Positions 8,762-17,907 of a stretch of 34,610 nt of DNA are shown one piece after another (position 1 is the stretch's first letter; each line of letters begins with the position of its first letter). The position numbers and the translations under genes are program-made. This DNA comes from Armatimonadota bacterium (GTDB lineage Bacteria; Armatimonadota; Fimbriimonadia; Fimbriimonadales; GBS-DC), in assembly GCA_037444405.1 (NCBI GenBank), contig JBBIML010000029.1, forward strand, positions 1-34,610, written 5' to 3'. The notes under the pieces were generated by a model that saw only the letters and a program-made list of their open reading frames with translations, was not told the origin of the DNA and made no database searches.

Positions 8762-10198
8762 ATGCGATGCCGATGGAGCCTGCTGATGCTCTGGTTTTGC
8801 TGGGGGCTGGGGCTGACACAGCAGCCCAGCCTTCAGCAGGAAATTGATCAACTGCTGAGCGTCGAGTGGCTGAAGTATGGCTCCTGCGGGATTGTGGTTC
8901 GCGACCTGCGCACAGGCGAGACGCTCTATCAGCGCGAGGCGGAACGGTTGCTGATTCCCGCCTCCTGCACCAAGCTCATCACGACCGCCGCCGCGCTCCA
9001 GCTGCTGGGCGCGGACTATCGCTATCGCACGCAGGTATGGATGCGTGGACGGCTGGAAACAGATGGCACGCTGAAAGGCGACCTCATTCTGCGGGGTGGC
9101 GGCGACGCCACGCTGACCCTTAACGACCTGAAGCAACTGGCGCAGAAGGTGCGCGCGGCAGGCGTGCAACGGGTGGAAGGATTGCTGCTGTACGACGACT
9201 CGTGGCTGGATGCCGAGCGCTATGGCTTCGGCTGGAACATCGATGATGAGCCGTTTGGGTATCAGGCGCAGATGAGTGCGCTCTGCGTGGAGCGCAACGC
9301 GGTGCGCCTCTACGCCCGCCCCGCCAGCCAGCCGGGCGAGCCGTCCCAGCTGCGGCTCGACCCGCCCACCGACTATGTGCAGGTGGTGAACCTGACCCGA
9401 ACGACCGAGCGTGGTTCGCCTGCACGCCTCTCGGCAACACGCCTGCACGCGCTCAATCGGCTGATTGTGTCGGGCACTATCCCGCTCGGCTCTGACGAGG
9501 TGCTGATCGGGCGCTACTCGGTGGAGAGCCCCTCCCGATTCACGGCGGTGCTGTTTCGGGATGCGCTGCGCGAGGCGGGAGTGGCGGTTTCGAACCGCAT
9601 CGCGCCCCTTTTGAATGCCGACCCGTCCGCTCAGGGGCGCGGTGACCGCGCCCTTACTGCCGAACATCTGTCGCCCCCGCTGCGCGAGATCGTTGCGCTC
9701 ATCAACAAGCCGAGCGATAATCTGTTAGCCGAGACGGTGCTAAAGACGATTGGGCGCGAGAAGCGCGGGCGCGGCGCGACCGACGCGGGGCTGGAAGCCG
9801 TGCGCGCGTTTCTTCGGCAGGCGGGGCTGGAGATGGGCGCGGTGAATATTGTGGATGGCTCCGGGCTGTCGCGCATCAACGGCATCAGCGCGGAGAACCT
9901 CGTGCGCCTGCTGACCTTCATGGCACGCTCACCGAACGCCGAAGCCTTCCGCGCCTCGTTGCCTGTGTACGGCGTCGACGGCACCCTTCGCAACCGCCTG
10001 CGCGACACACCCGTGCAGGGCAACGCCTTCGCCAAAACAGGCAGCCTCTATCGCGTCAGCACCATCGCAGGCTATCTCAGAACCCGCAGCGGGCGCGAGC
10101 TGGTGTTCGCCATCCTGATGAACAACTACACCGCCTCCAGCAGCGACGCACGCAACCTGCAAGATCAGATTGTGCGCCTGCTGTGGGAGCGACTCTGA
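8762..10198 (+). CDS. dacB: D-alanyl-D-alanine carboxypeptidase/endopeptidase PBP4 (peptidase S13)
   Basis: PASCTK (SxxK), SDN, DGSGLS and AKTGSL (KTG) motifs, plus a signal peptide. Confidence 0.93.
   Translation: MRCRWSLLMLWFCWGLGLTQQPSLQQEIDQLLSVEWLKYGSCGIVVRDLRTGETLYQREAERLLIPASCTKLITTAAALQLLGADYRYRTQVWMRGRLETDGTLKGDLILRGGGDATLTLNDLKQLAQKVRAAGVQRVEGLLLYDDSWLDAERYGFGWNIDDEPFGYQAQMSALCVERNAVRLYARPASQPGEPSQLRLDPPTDYVQVVNLTRTTERGSPARLSATRLHALNRLIVSGTIPLGSDEVLIGRYSVESPSRFTAVLFRDALREAGVAVSNRIAPLLNADPSAQGRGDRALTAEHLSPPLREIVALINKPSDNLLAETVLKTIGREKRGRGATDAGLEAVRAFLRQAGLEMGAVNIVDGSGLSRINGISAENLVRLLTFMARSPNAEAFRASLPVYGVDGTLRNRLRDTPVQGNAFAKTGSLYRVSTIAGYLRTRSGRELVFAILMNNYTASSSDARNLQDQIVRLLWERL
9631..9657. 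repeat. REP-like palindrome inside the dacB coding sequence
   Basis: AGGGGCGCGGT-G-ACCGCGCCCTTAC, same family as 15641-15669. Confidence 0.6.
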
Positions 10199-10267
10199 AG
10201 CGATAGGGACTAAAGTCCTATCATGGGCGTGCCGCGCCTTCGTATAATACTGCGGAGGTGCATCTCT

Positions 10268-12196
10268 ATGGCACGCTCTGAACAGACCGATGAAGTATTG
10301 AATGAGCTGGAGCAGATTAAGAGTCTGCTCGGCGCGCTGAGTCAGGTCGTGATTCGGCTGGAGTCGCGCCTGAGGCAGGCGGCGCAGACTTCCCCTGAGC
10401 CGATGCGTGCCGAGTCGGCGGAGGTTCCGCCTGCACCTGAGCCGATTCTGCCGCCTCCGCCCGAAGTGCCGCCCTCGCCTGAAGTGCCCCCTGCGCCCGA
10501 AGTGCCGCCTGTTTCGGCGCCCGAATCGGTGCCCTCGGCGCAGCCTGCGGCAGGCACGACGCGACCGCCATCTCCACCCCCATCGCCCGCGCGACCCTTC
10601 GCCTTTGAGGAGGACCCGATGGCGCGCGAGCTGGAGCAGACGCTCGGCGGTCAAATCGCGCTCTGGATAGGCATCGCGCTGCTCTTTCTGGCGTCGGTCT
10701 TCTTCCTGAGCTGGGCGTGGACGAAGCTGGGACCGTGGGCGCGACTGGCGGTGGGCTACGCGGGCGGGCTGGCGCTCGTCGAACTCGGCTGGCTCTCGCG
10801 CCGACGCTCCGCTGGCTGGTTCGTGGACGGCGCGATTGCCGCCGGGCTGGCGATTCTGTATCTGACCACCTGGGCTGGCTTGCAACGCTACGGCGTGATG
10901 CGTTTCGAACTGGCGTTCGCGCTGATGGTGGCGACCACCGCGCTCGGCATGGGGCTGGCGGTCGGACGCAACTCCCAACTGCTGGCGACGCTCGCCGTCG
11001 CGGGCGGTTTTCTGACCCCGATTGTGCTGCAATCGGAGGGTGGCGCGGGCAAGCCGCTCGGTTTCTTCGCCTATCTCGCGGTGCTGAACGCGGGGCTGCT
11101 CGCCGTCGCCGCGCGCAACCGCTGGGAGGTGCAGCGATGGCTCTGCCTGATTGCCACCTGGCTGCTGCTGATGGGCTGGGCAACGGACTACTTCAACGAC
11201 TCGGTGCGCCGCATGGTGTTCGGCTTCCTCACCCTCTATTACACGCTGTTTCTGCTCACCGTGCTGGTGCGCGTGTTCGGTCAGCGTCAGCCTGCAACAG
11301 AGAGCGATATCGCTTTTCTGTTGTTTGCGACCCTGCTCTATGTGCCCGCCGGTCAGGGCGTGATTGCGCCCCTGCTGGGCGACTATCCGGGGCTGTTCCT
11401 GATGGGGCTGGGCGCGGTCTATCTGCTGCTGGCGTGGGTGGTGTACCGGCTGGTGCCAGCGGATGAGATTCTCACGGGTGGGTTCGCCACGCTGGGCATC
11501 GTGCTGCTGACGATTGCCATCCCGGTGCAGTTCCGCACGCCTGTCGCCGCGCCGCTGTGGAACCTTGAGGCGATGCTGCTGGTCGCGCTGGGGCTTGGGT
11601 ACGGCAGCCGCCTGCTGTACGGGCTTGGACTGGGGCTGTGGGCGCTGGCGTCGCTGCACACGCTGGTCGCGCTCAGCGAGCCGCCGCATCTGGAGCGGAT
11701 CCTCTTCAACGAGCGCGGCGTCGCCCTGCTCACATGGACACTGGGCATGATGGTGAACGCGCTGATGGCACGCGCGAATGCCCTTCAGCAAGCCGATTCA
11801 CCACTGGATCGGCTCTTCCCGCGCGACGCGCTCGGCATCCTGACAGGGCTGGCGGCGCTGTTCGGCGCGGTCGGGCTGGTCACGATGGAGACCTACTACT
11901 ACTTTGAGCTGATTAACCATCCCGATAGCCCGCTGGCGCCGATGCTGGTGTCGCTGGAGTGGACGCTGTTAGGCGCGCTGCTGCTGATGGGCGGCGTGCT
12001 GAGCCGATCGCGCGGCATGCGCCTGCTGGGGCTGGCGATGCTCACCGTCACCGCCTTCAAGCTCTTCCTGTTCGATCTCGGCTTTCTGGAGATGCCCTAT
12101 CGCACCTTCACCTTCGCGGGGCTGGGCATCACGCTGCTGATCGTGTCGTGGCTCTACAGTCGCTACGGCACAGCCGCCGCCGAACAGTCGCAGTGA
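10268..12196 (+). CDS. DUF2339-like polytopic membrane protein with Pro-rich N-terminal linker
   Basis: N-terminal coiled segment, PEVPP repeats, ELEQTLGG..LWIG, GGFLTP, C-terminal KLFLFDL. GGAGGTG RBS. Confidence 0.8.
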   Translation: MARSEQTDEVLNELEQIKSLLGALSQVVIRLESRLRQAAQTSPEPMRAESAEVPPAPEPILPPPPEVPPSPEVPPAPEVPPVSAPESVPSAQPAAGTTRPPSPPPSPARPFAFEEDPMARELEQTLGGQIALWIGIALLFLASVFFLSWAWTKLGPWARLAVGYAGGLALVELGWLSRRRSAGWFVDGAIAAGLAILYLTTWAGLQRYGVMRFELAFALMVATTALGMGLAVGRNSQLLATLAVAGGFLTPIVLQSEGGAGKPLGFFAYLAVLNAGLLAVAARNRWEVQRWLCLIATWLLLMGWATDYFNDSVRRMVFGFLTLYYTLFLLTVLVRVFGQRQPATESDIAFLLFATLLYVPAGQGVIAPLLGDYPGLFLMGLGAVYLLLAWVVYRLVPADEILTGGFATLGIVLLTIAIPVQFRTPVAAPLWNLEAMLLVALGLGYGSRLLYGLGLGLWALASLHTLVALSEPPHLERILFNERGVALLTWTLGMMVNALMARANALQQADSPLDRLFPRDALGILTGLAALFGAVGLVTMETYYYFELINHPDSPLAPMLVSLEWTLLGALLLMGGVLSRSRGMRLLGLAMLTVTAFKLFLFDLGFLEMPYRTFTFAGLGITLLIVSWLYSRYGTAAAEQSQ

Positions 12197-12232
12197 GTAA
12201 AATAGAGACAGGCATGCTATACGAAGGGGCAC

Positions 12233-14920
12233 ATGGTGATGGATGAGAGGGCGTCGCGGGAGCTAAAAGGGGACGCCCCGCGTGGGGTGGTCACTCTTGT
12301 GTTCACCGACATCCAGAGCTACTCGGAGATGTCGGAGCGCTATCGCGGCGCGTTCCGACCCGTGCTGGAACAGCATAACCAGCTCCTGCGAGCAATCAGC
12401 CAGCATCATAACGGCTACGAGGTGAAGGTGATTGGCGACGCCTTCTTTCTTGCCTTCGAAAGCGCCGAGGAGGCGGTGCGGTTCGCCTTAGAAGCCCAGC
12501 GCACGATTCTGAACACCGAATGGCGCATCGCCCTGCCCGACGGTGCATCGGTGGAGGTACCTCTGCGCGTCCGTATCGGCATGCACACAGGCGAGCCGGA
12601 GCCGATTGTGCATCCCGACGGCGTGGTGGACTATGTGGGACCCGATGTGAATCGCGCCTCGCGCATCTGCTCGGCAGCACATGGCGGGCAGATTCTGCTC
12701 TCGTCGGCGACGCACGCGCTGATGATGACCGCGCTGGAGTCGAGCCCTGCGCCCGAATCGGTTCAGTTCCGCCCTCTGGGTCAGTACTGGCTGAAGGGCG
12801 TGGGTCGCGAGCGGCTCTGGCAGGTGTGGATGGAGGGGTTGCCCGATGTTTTTCCACCACCGAACGCGCCCCGTGCTGAGCTGCACAACCTGACGCTTGC
12901 CGACACGCCGCTCATTGGGCGCGAGCGCGAACTGGAGGAGCTGAGCGCGCTGTTGCAATCGCCCAATCATCCGCTCGTCACGCTGGTCGGACCCAGTGGG
13001 GTGGGCAAGACGCGCCTGGCGCAGGCGGTCGCCGAATCGCTGCTGGAGCAGTTCGCCGACGGCGTGTGGTTCATCCCGCTGGACGGGTTGACCACACCCG
13101 ACGCGATTGCCCAGCGCATCCTGCAGGAACTGCCCATCCAGGCGCGGGGCGATGTGGACCCGCTCCAGCAGCTGGTCGCCTACGCGCAGGCGCGCACGAT
13201 GCTGCTCGTGCTGGATGGAATCGAGTCGGCGTCAGCGTTGACGCCGGTGGCGCGGGCGCTGGTGCAGAGCGCGGCGCACACGCGCCTGCTGGTGCTGAGC
13301 TTGAACCCGTTGCAGTTGCGGGCGGAGTATCTGTACGAGCTGAAGCCGCTGAGCGTGCCACCACCGTCTGCGGATCGCGACCCTGCGGCGCTGGAGCGCT
13401 ACGGCGCGGTGCAGCTCCTGCTGGAGCAGGCGCGCCGGCACGCGCCCAACTTCGAGCTGACCGCCACGAACGCGCCCGCCATCGCCGAGCTGTGTCGCCA
13501 GCTGGACGGGCTGCCGCTCGCGCTGGAGCTGACCGCCGCCCGACTGGCGCTGCTGACACCCGCCGAAATGCTCAAACGGCTCGATGAACGGTTCCAGATT
13601 CTGCAGACGCGCAGCCCCGACATGCCCCCGCGCCAGCGCGCCCTGCAAAGCGCCATCGAATGGTCCTACTGCCAGCTGGAGCCGCCCACCCGCGCCTTTT
13701 TCGAGCAGCTCGGCGTGTTCACGGGCAGCTTCACGATTGAAGATGTGGAGGCGGTGTGCGAATCGCCCAGCCCGCTCGACGATTTGCTGGAGCTGCGCCA
13801 GCGCGCAATGCTGGTTGAACTGCACTTCAAGGACGAGCGACGGTTCCGCCTGCTGCACCCGATGCGCCTGTTCGCACTGAGCATGGTGCGCGAGCAGCCC
13901 GAAAAGTATGCCATCCTGCGCCAGCGCCACGCCGAGCATTTTCTGCGAGTGGCGCAGCTCTGCCTGAGCCAGGTGCGCACCCCCTTCGAAAGCGACGCCC
14001 TGCGGAACGCCGAGTGGCAGATGGACAACCTGCGCGCCGCGCTGGAATGGTTCACCGAGCAGGGCGACTGGGCGCGGCGCACGCAGCTCGCGTTCGCGCT
14101 CTCACAACTGTGCGACCGACTCGGCTGGCTGCCCAGCGCGAACGCCTACCTGCAGGACGCGCTCGACTCCGCGCTCTTTTTAGGCGAGGAGTATGGCGAG
14201 CTACACGCCGATTTGCAACTGGCGCTATCGGCACTCCAGTACGAGCGCCACGAATGGGAGAGCGCACGGCGCACGGCGCAGGACGCGCTGGAACGCTTCC
14301 AGTCGCTCGGCTCGCTCAAAGGGACAGCGCGCGCTCACAACCTGTTGGGGCTGATCGCCTTGCGCATGGGACAGCACGATCAGGCAGAGACCCACCTGCA
14401 GAACGCCCTGCAAGCCTTTATGCGGGCGAACGAACCCGTGTGGATGGCGCTCGTGCTGAACAATCGCGGACTGCTGGAGTATGAACGGGGTCGACTGGAG
14501 GATGCGGCGCGCTTTTTACAGCAGGCAATCCAGCGTCAGCGCACGCTGGGCGACGCGCGCGGGCTGTCCGAAACGCTGACCAATCTTGGCGCGGTGTGCC
14601 AGCAGCAGGGCGAGCTGGACGCCGCCCTGCGCCATTACACCGAATCGCTCGAATGCGAGGTTCGGCTCCATCACCAGCTGGGCATCGCGCGTGGGCTGTG
14701 CAACATCGGCGAGGTGCTGATGTTGCAGGGCAAACCGCTGGAGGCTGCTCGCCACCTCCACGCTGCCGCCCAGCTCTTCCAGCGCTACGACTCGCCCGAT
14801 CTGGACTACGCGCTCGCGCTGATTGCCAGCCTGCCGCTGGATACCGCCACCCGCGCCCGGTTAGAAGCCGAATCGCAGAACCGCGCCACCGACGACCTGC
14901 TCCAGTGGGCACGCGCCTGA
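12233..14920 (+). CDS. Class III adenylate cyclase - STAND/NB-ARC-like ATPase - TPR protein
   Basis: FTDI, KVIGDAF, DYVGPDVNRASR. Walker A GPSGVGKT, Walker B LLVLDG, LDGLPLALEL. C-terminal TPRs. Confidence 0.9.
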   Translation: MVMDERASRELKGDAPRGVVTLVFTDIQSYSEMSERYRGAFRPVLEQHNQLLRAISQHHNGYEVKVIGDAFFLAFESAEEAVRFALEAQRTILNTEWRIALPDGASVEVPLRVRIGMHTGEPEPIVHPDGVVDYVGPDVNRASRICSAAHGGQILLSSATHALMMTALESSPAPESVQFRPLGQYWLKGVGRERLWQVWMEGLPDVFPPPNAPRAELHNLTLADTPLIGRERELEELSALLQSPNHPLVTLVGPSGVGKTRLAQAVAESLLEQFADGVWFIPLDGLTTPDAIAQRILQELPIQARGDVDPLQQLVAYAQARTMLLVLDGIESASALTPVARALVQSAAHTRLLVLSLNPLQLRAEYLYELKPLSVPPPSADRDPAALERYGAVQLLLEQARRHAPNFELTATNAPAIAELCRQLDGLPLALELTAARLALLTPAEMLKRLDERFQILQTRSPDMPPRQRALQSAIEWSYCQLEPPTRAFFEQLGVFTGSFTIEDVEAVCESPSPLDDLLELRQRAMLVELHFKDERRFRLLHPMRLFALSMVREQPEKYAILRQRHAEHFLRVAQLCLSQVRTPFESDALRNAEWQMDNLRAALEWFTEQGDWARRTQLAFALSQLCDRLGWLPSANAYLQDALDSALFLGEEYGELHADLQLALSALQYERHEWESARRTAQDALERFQSLGSLKGTARAHNLLGLIALRMGQHDQAETHLQNALQAFMRANEPVWMALVLNNRGLLEYERGRLEDAARFLQQAIQRQRTLGDARGLSETLTNLGAVCQQQGELDAALRHYTESLECEVRLHHQLGIARGLCNIGEVLMLQGKPLEAARHLHAAAQLFQRYDSPDLDYALALIASLPLDTATRARLEAESQNRATDDLLQWARA

Positions 14921-15034
14921 AATCCACCAGCCACTTACTCCCGTTTCGTCAGGCAGGCGGGAGCATTTTCGAACAGCCTCGCTGGATGCCTTGACCTCGC
15001 TGTCATCGTTGGGGTATTGTATGGTGGCTAAACG

Positions 15035-16432
15035 ATGGATCGCGAGCGATTGATGGGCTGGATTGAGGCTCACACCGAGCCGATGATTGCCGATTTTCAG
15101 CGGTTGTTGCGGGCAGAGAGCGTGCGCGCGGAGCCTGCGCCGAACGCGCCCTTTGGCAGGGGCGTGCGCGACGCGCTCGATATTGTGCTGGAGATGGGGC
15201 AACAGTTCGGGCTGCGCCCGCGCGACTTCGACGGCTATGCGTGCGACCTGGAGATTGGCGCGGGCAGCGCGATGGTTGCCTCGCTCAGCCATATCGATGT
15301 GGTGCCCGCCGGCAAGGGCTGGACGAAACCGCCGTTCGGCGCGATCGTTGAAGACGGCTACATCTACGCGCGGGGCGCCGTCGACAATAAGGGTGCCACA
15401 CTCGCCAGCATCTATGCCCTCCGTGCGCTCAACGAGCTGAATGTGCCTCTGAAGCGGCGCGTGCGCCTGATTATCGGCTGCGACGAAGAGAGCCGCTGGG
15501 AGTGCATGCAATACTATCTGGCGCACGAGGCAGAGCGCCCGGTGTGGGGTGTCAGCCCCGATGCAGGCTGGCCCTTTATCTACGGCGAGAAAGGCATCGC
15601 GAACCTCTTTCTGGAGAAGCAGGTGGAGACAGGGGCGCACGGTAGGGGCGCGGTAACCGCGCCCCTACCCACACGCATCCTGTGGGCGCGCGGCGGCGAG
15701 CGACACAACATGGTGCCCGACCATGCCGAAGCGGTGGTCAACTGCGCCCTGCAGCCCGCCTATCCTCTGCCCGAAGGCACGGAATGGCAGCCTGACGCCA
15801 GCGGCTGGAAGCTGATTGCACGGGGCAAGTCGGCGCATGGGAGCCATCCCGAAGCGGGCATTAACGCCGTCGCCCGCCTGCTGGAAGCGCTCCAGCCGCT
15901 GAACCTGCCCGATAACGAGCTGTGGCTGGACACCGTGCTGGAGTGGGCGCGCTCGCTGGATGGCGCCGCGCTCGGCATCGACCACAGCGACGAAGTGTCA
16001 GGCGCGCTCACCAGCAATCTGGGCATGTTTGAGTATGACGGCGCGCGCGTGCAGTGCGTGTTCAACATCCGCTATCCCGTTACATGGAGCATCGACGCGC
16101 TGAAGGAGCGACTGCAGCCGACACTGGAGCGCACGGGCTTCCAGCTGACGGAGGTGCGCCACACGCCGCCACTCTATGTGCCGCTGGATACGCCCTTCCC
16201 GCAGGTGCTGTTGCGCATCTACCGCGAGGAGACGGGCGATCTGGAGAGCCAGCCTGCCACGATGGGCGGCGGCACCTACGCGCGCGTGATGCCGAACCTG
16301 GTGGCAATCGGCGCGGGCTTCGAAGGCGATGGCAGCGCGCATGAACCCGACGAACGCATCGCCATCGAGAGCCTCAAGAATCTGGTGCGGATTTACGCGC
16401 GCATCTTCGAAGGGCTGGCGAATCTGGAGTGA
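15035..16432 (+). CDS. pepV: M20 dipeptidase (PepV/Sapep-like)
   Basis: HIDVVP, ARGAVDNKG, GCDEES, EKG, GKSAHGS, GGGTYAR, AHEPDE motifs. Confidence 0.85.
   Translation: MDRERLMGWIEAHTEPMIADFQRLLRAESVRAEPAPNAPFGRGVRDALDIVLEMGQQFGLRPRDFDGYACDLEIGAGSAMVASLSHIDVVPAGKGWTKPPFGAIVEDGYIYARGAVDNKGATLASIYALRALNELNVPLKRRVRLIIGCDEESRWECMQYYLAHEAERPVWGVSPDAGWPFIYGEKGIANLFLEKQVETGAHGRGAVTAPLPTRILWARGGERHNMVPDHAEAVVNCALQPAYPLPEGTEWQPDASGWKLIARGKSAHGSHPEAGINAVARLLEALQPLNLPDNELWLDTVLEWARSLDGAALGIDHSDEVSGALTSNLGMFEYDGARVQCVFNIRYPVTWSIDALKERLQPTLERTGFQLTEVRHTPPLYVPLDTPFPQVLLRIYREETGDLESQPATMGGGTYARVMPNLVAIGAGFEGDGSAHEPDERIAIESLKNLVRIYARIFEGLANLE
15641..15669. repeat. Perfect GTAG-type REP palindrome inside the dipeptidase coding sequence
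   Basis: GGTAGGGGCGCGGT-A-ACCGCGCCCCTACC, encoding GRGAVTAPLP. Confidence 0.75.
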
Positions 16433-16485
16433 GTGAAAGCATAGGGATGAGTAGGGCGCGGTCCCTGCGCCCCTGCTCCCACACC

Positions 16486-17151
16486 CTATTCGTCCGGCTG
16501 CCAGCCATACTCGCCCACAAGAGGCACGAACACGCACTCGCCATAGGTGCGGGTGAACAGCTGCTGTCCGCGCTTGATGATGAGCGTCAGCACCTGATGG
16601 GTGCGGGAGCCGAGCGGCAGCAGCAGGCGTCCTTCGTTCGGCGAGAGCTGCTCCAGCAACGGCGGCGGGATGCTCGGCGGAGCGCCCGCCGTCACGATAA
16701 TCCGATCATAGGGCGCCAGCGGCGGGAAACCGCGCGTGCCATCGCCAATCACCTGCACAGAGGGCGCCAAGCGCAACGCGGTGAGAACCTGATACGCCCG
16801 CAACGCCAGACGCGGGAAACGCTCCACCGTCACCAGCTCGCGACAGAGCAACCTCAGAATCGCCGCCTGATAGCCCGAACCCGTGCCTATCTCCAGCACG
16901 CGCTCGGCGCCCTGCAACTCCAGCAGCTCGGTCATCGTGGCAACCAGCGAGGGCTGGGAGATGGTCTGACCCTCGCCAATCGGCAGCGCGTGATCAATAT
17001 AGGCTTGCCAGCGATACTCTTCGGGCACCATCAGGTGGCGGGGCACGCGCCGAATCGCCTCCAGCACCCGCTCGTCCCGAACCCCTTTCTCGCGAATGTG
17101 CTGGATCAGCAGTTCCGCCTGCGCCGTGTAGTCCAGTCCATCGGGCTGCAT
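16486..17151 (-). CDS. pcm: Protein-L-isoaspartate O-methyltransferase
   Basis: LPIGEGQTISQP, VLEIGTGSGYQAA, APYDRIIVTA, FVPLVG. Start position inferred. Confidence 0.93.
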   Translation of the reverse strand: MQPDGLDYTAQAELLIQHIREKGVRDERVLEAIRRVPRHLMVPEEYRWQAYIDHALPIGEGQTISQPSLVATMTELLELQGAERVLEIGTGSGYQAAILRLLCRELVTVERFPRLALRAYQVLTALRLAPSVQVIGDGTRGFPPLAPYDRIIVTAGAPPSIPPPLLEQLSPNEGRLLLPLGSRTHQVLTLIIKRGQQLFTRTYGECVFVPLVGEYGWQPDE

Positions 17152-17221
17152 GGGGCGCCTTACAAGAAGGTAATGCCCGTTCGCACAGCTGCGCTGGCTG
17201 AGCGAACGGGCGCTTCCGCGT

Positions 17222-17647
17222 CTACAGGCGAATGTCAAGCAGACCGGAGATACCGACGCCTTCCACCCGTTCGAGCCGCTTGCCGGGATTCCGGGTGGAG
17301 ATGGGCACCAGCACCCGAATGCGCACCTGGCGCCCCGCGAAGTTGCTCTCGATCTGGGCGACCGCCTGCACTCGTTTCACCAGGTCGGGTTTGCCCATCA
17401 CCTGCGCGACGCCCACATAGGCGCCCGTGCCAACGCTGATGATGGGGACCACCTTCGTCGCAAAACTCCGGTTCGGCTTCGTGTTGGTGAGCCGATTGAC
17501 CGCTCTGTCCATTTCGGGTCCCAATCGGTCAACAACAAGGGCGATGCCGCCCGCTTTGAGCAGCTTCTCCACCAGTTGCGCATGGCTGAACAGCCCGCCC
17601 AGCCCAAGCAGAAGCCCTAACACCACAACCATCCATCGGTTTCGCAT
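17222..17647 (-). CDS. Conserved-looking exported hypothetical protein
   Basis: GAAGGAG RBS 6 nt before ATG 17647. Signal peptide MRNRWMVVVLGLLLGLGGLFSHA. TKVVPIISVG.G..VG.AQV.G motif. Confidence 0.75.
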   Translation of the reverse strand: MRNRWMVVVLGLLLGLGGLFSHAQLVEKLLKAGGIALVVDRLGPEMDRAVNRLTNTKPNRSFATKVVPIISVGTGAYVGVAQVMGKPDLVKRVQAVAQIESNFAGRQVRIRVLVPISTRNPGKRLERVEGVGISGLLDIRL

Positions 17648-17736
17648 GTTCATCTCCTTCCGCCTGTGGAAGTATACCGTGAGGGGATAGGGTAGAATAG
17701 AGTTGCAGTCCCCCCCGCCTTGTAGGACTGCAGAGA

Positions 17737-17800
17737 GGGCGATGGAGTTCCGCCCGCCCCCGTTTGGGGCGAACCGCCGCCAGCGGCTGATGACTCCTGC
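17737..17800 (+). ncRNA. Fluoride riboswitch (crcB RNA motif)
   Basis: GGGCGATGGAGTTCCGCCC...AACCGCC...GGCTGATGACTCCTGC matches the fluoride aptamer consensus. The downstream antiporter and USP are typical associated genes. Confidence 0.9.
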
Positions 17801-17823
17801 ATCTTTTCCTGGAGGTGACGACA

Positions 17824-17907
17824 ATGGCATACGGTCACTGGCAGCTGTTGCGAGCGCCTGCAACCGTCGTTGCGGGTTGCAACACGGCAGGGGGGCAGGC
17901 GCGATGA
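17824..17907 (+). CDS. Putative 27-aa leader peptide coupled to the antiporter
   Basis: GGAGGTG RBS at 17811-17817. MAYGHWQLLRAPATVVAGCNTAGGQAR*. Its TGA overlaps the antiporter ATG (ATGA). Confidence 0.5.
   Translation: MAYGHWQLLRAPATVVAGCNTAGGQAR

Noticed and set aside
10420..10530. Tandem DNA repeat in the DUF2339-like gene
   Set aside because: Degenerate PEVPP coding repeats of a Pro-rich linker, ordinary for such proteins.
17703..17903. 67-aa N-terminal extension of the antiporter, and the 17648-18025 extension of the opposite-strand ORF
   Set aside because: Both run through the fluoride riboswitch. Better starts exist at 17904 and 17647.
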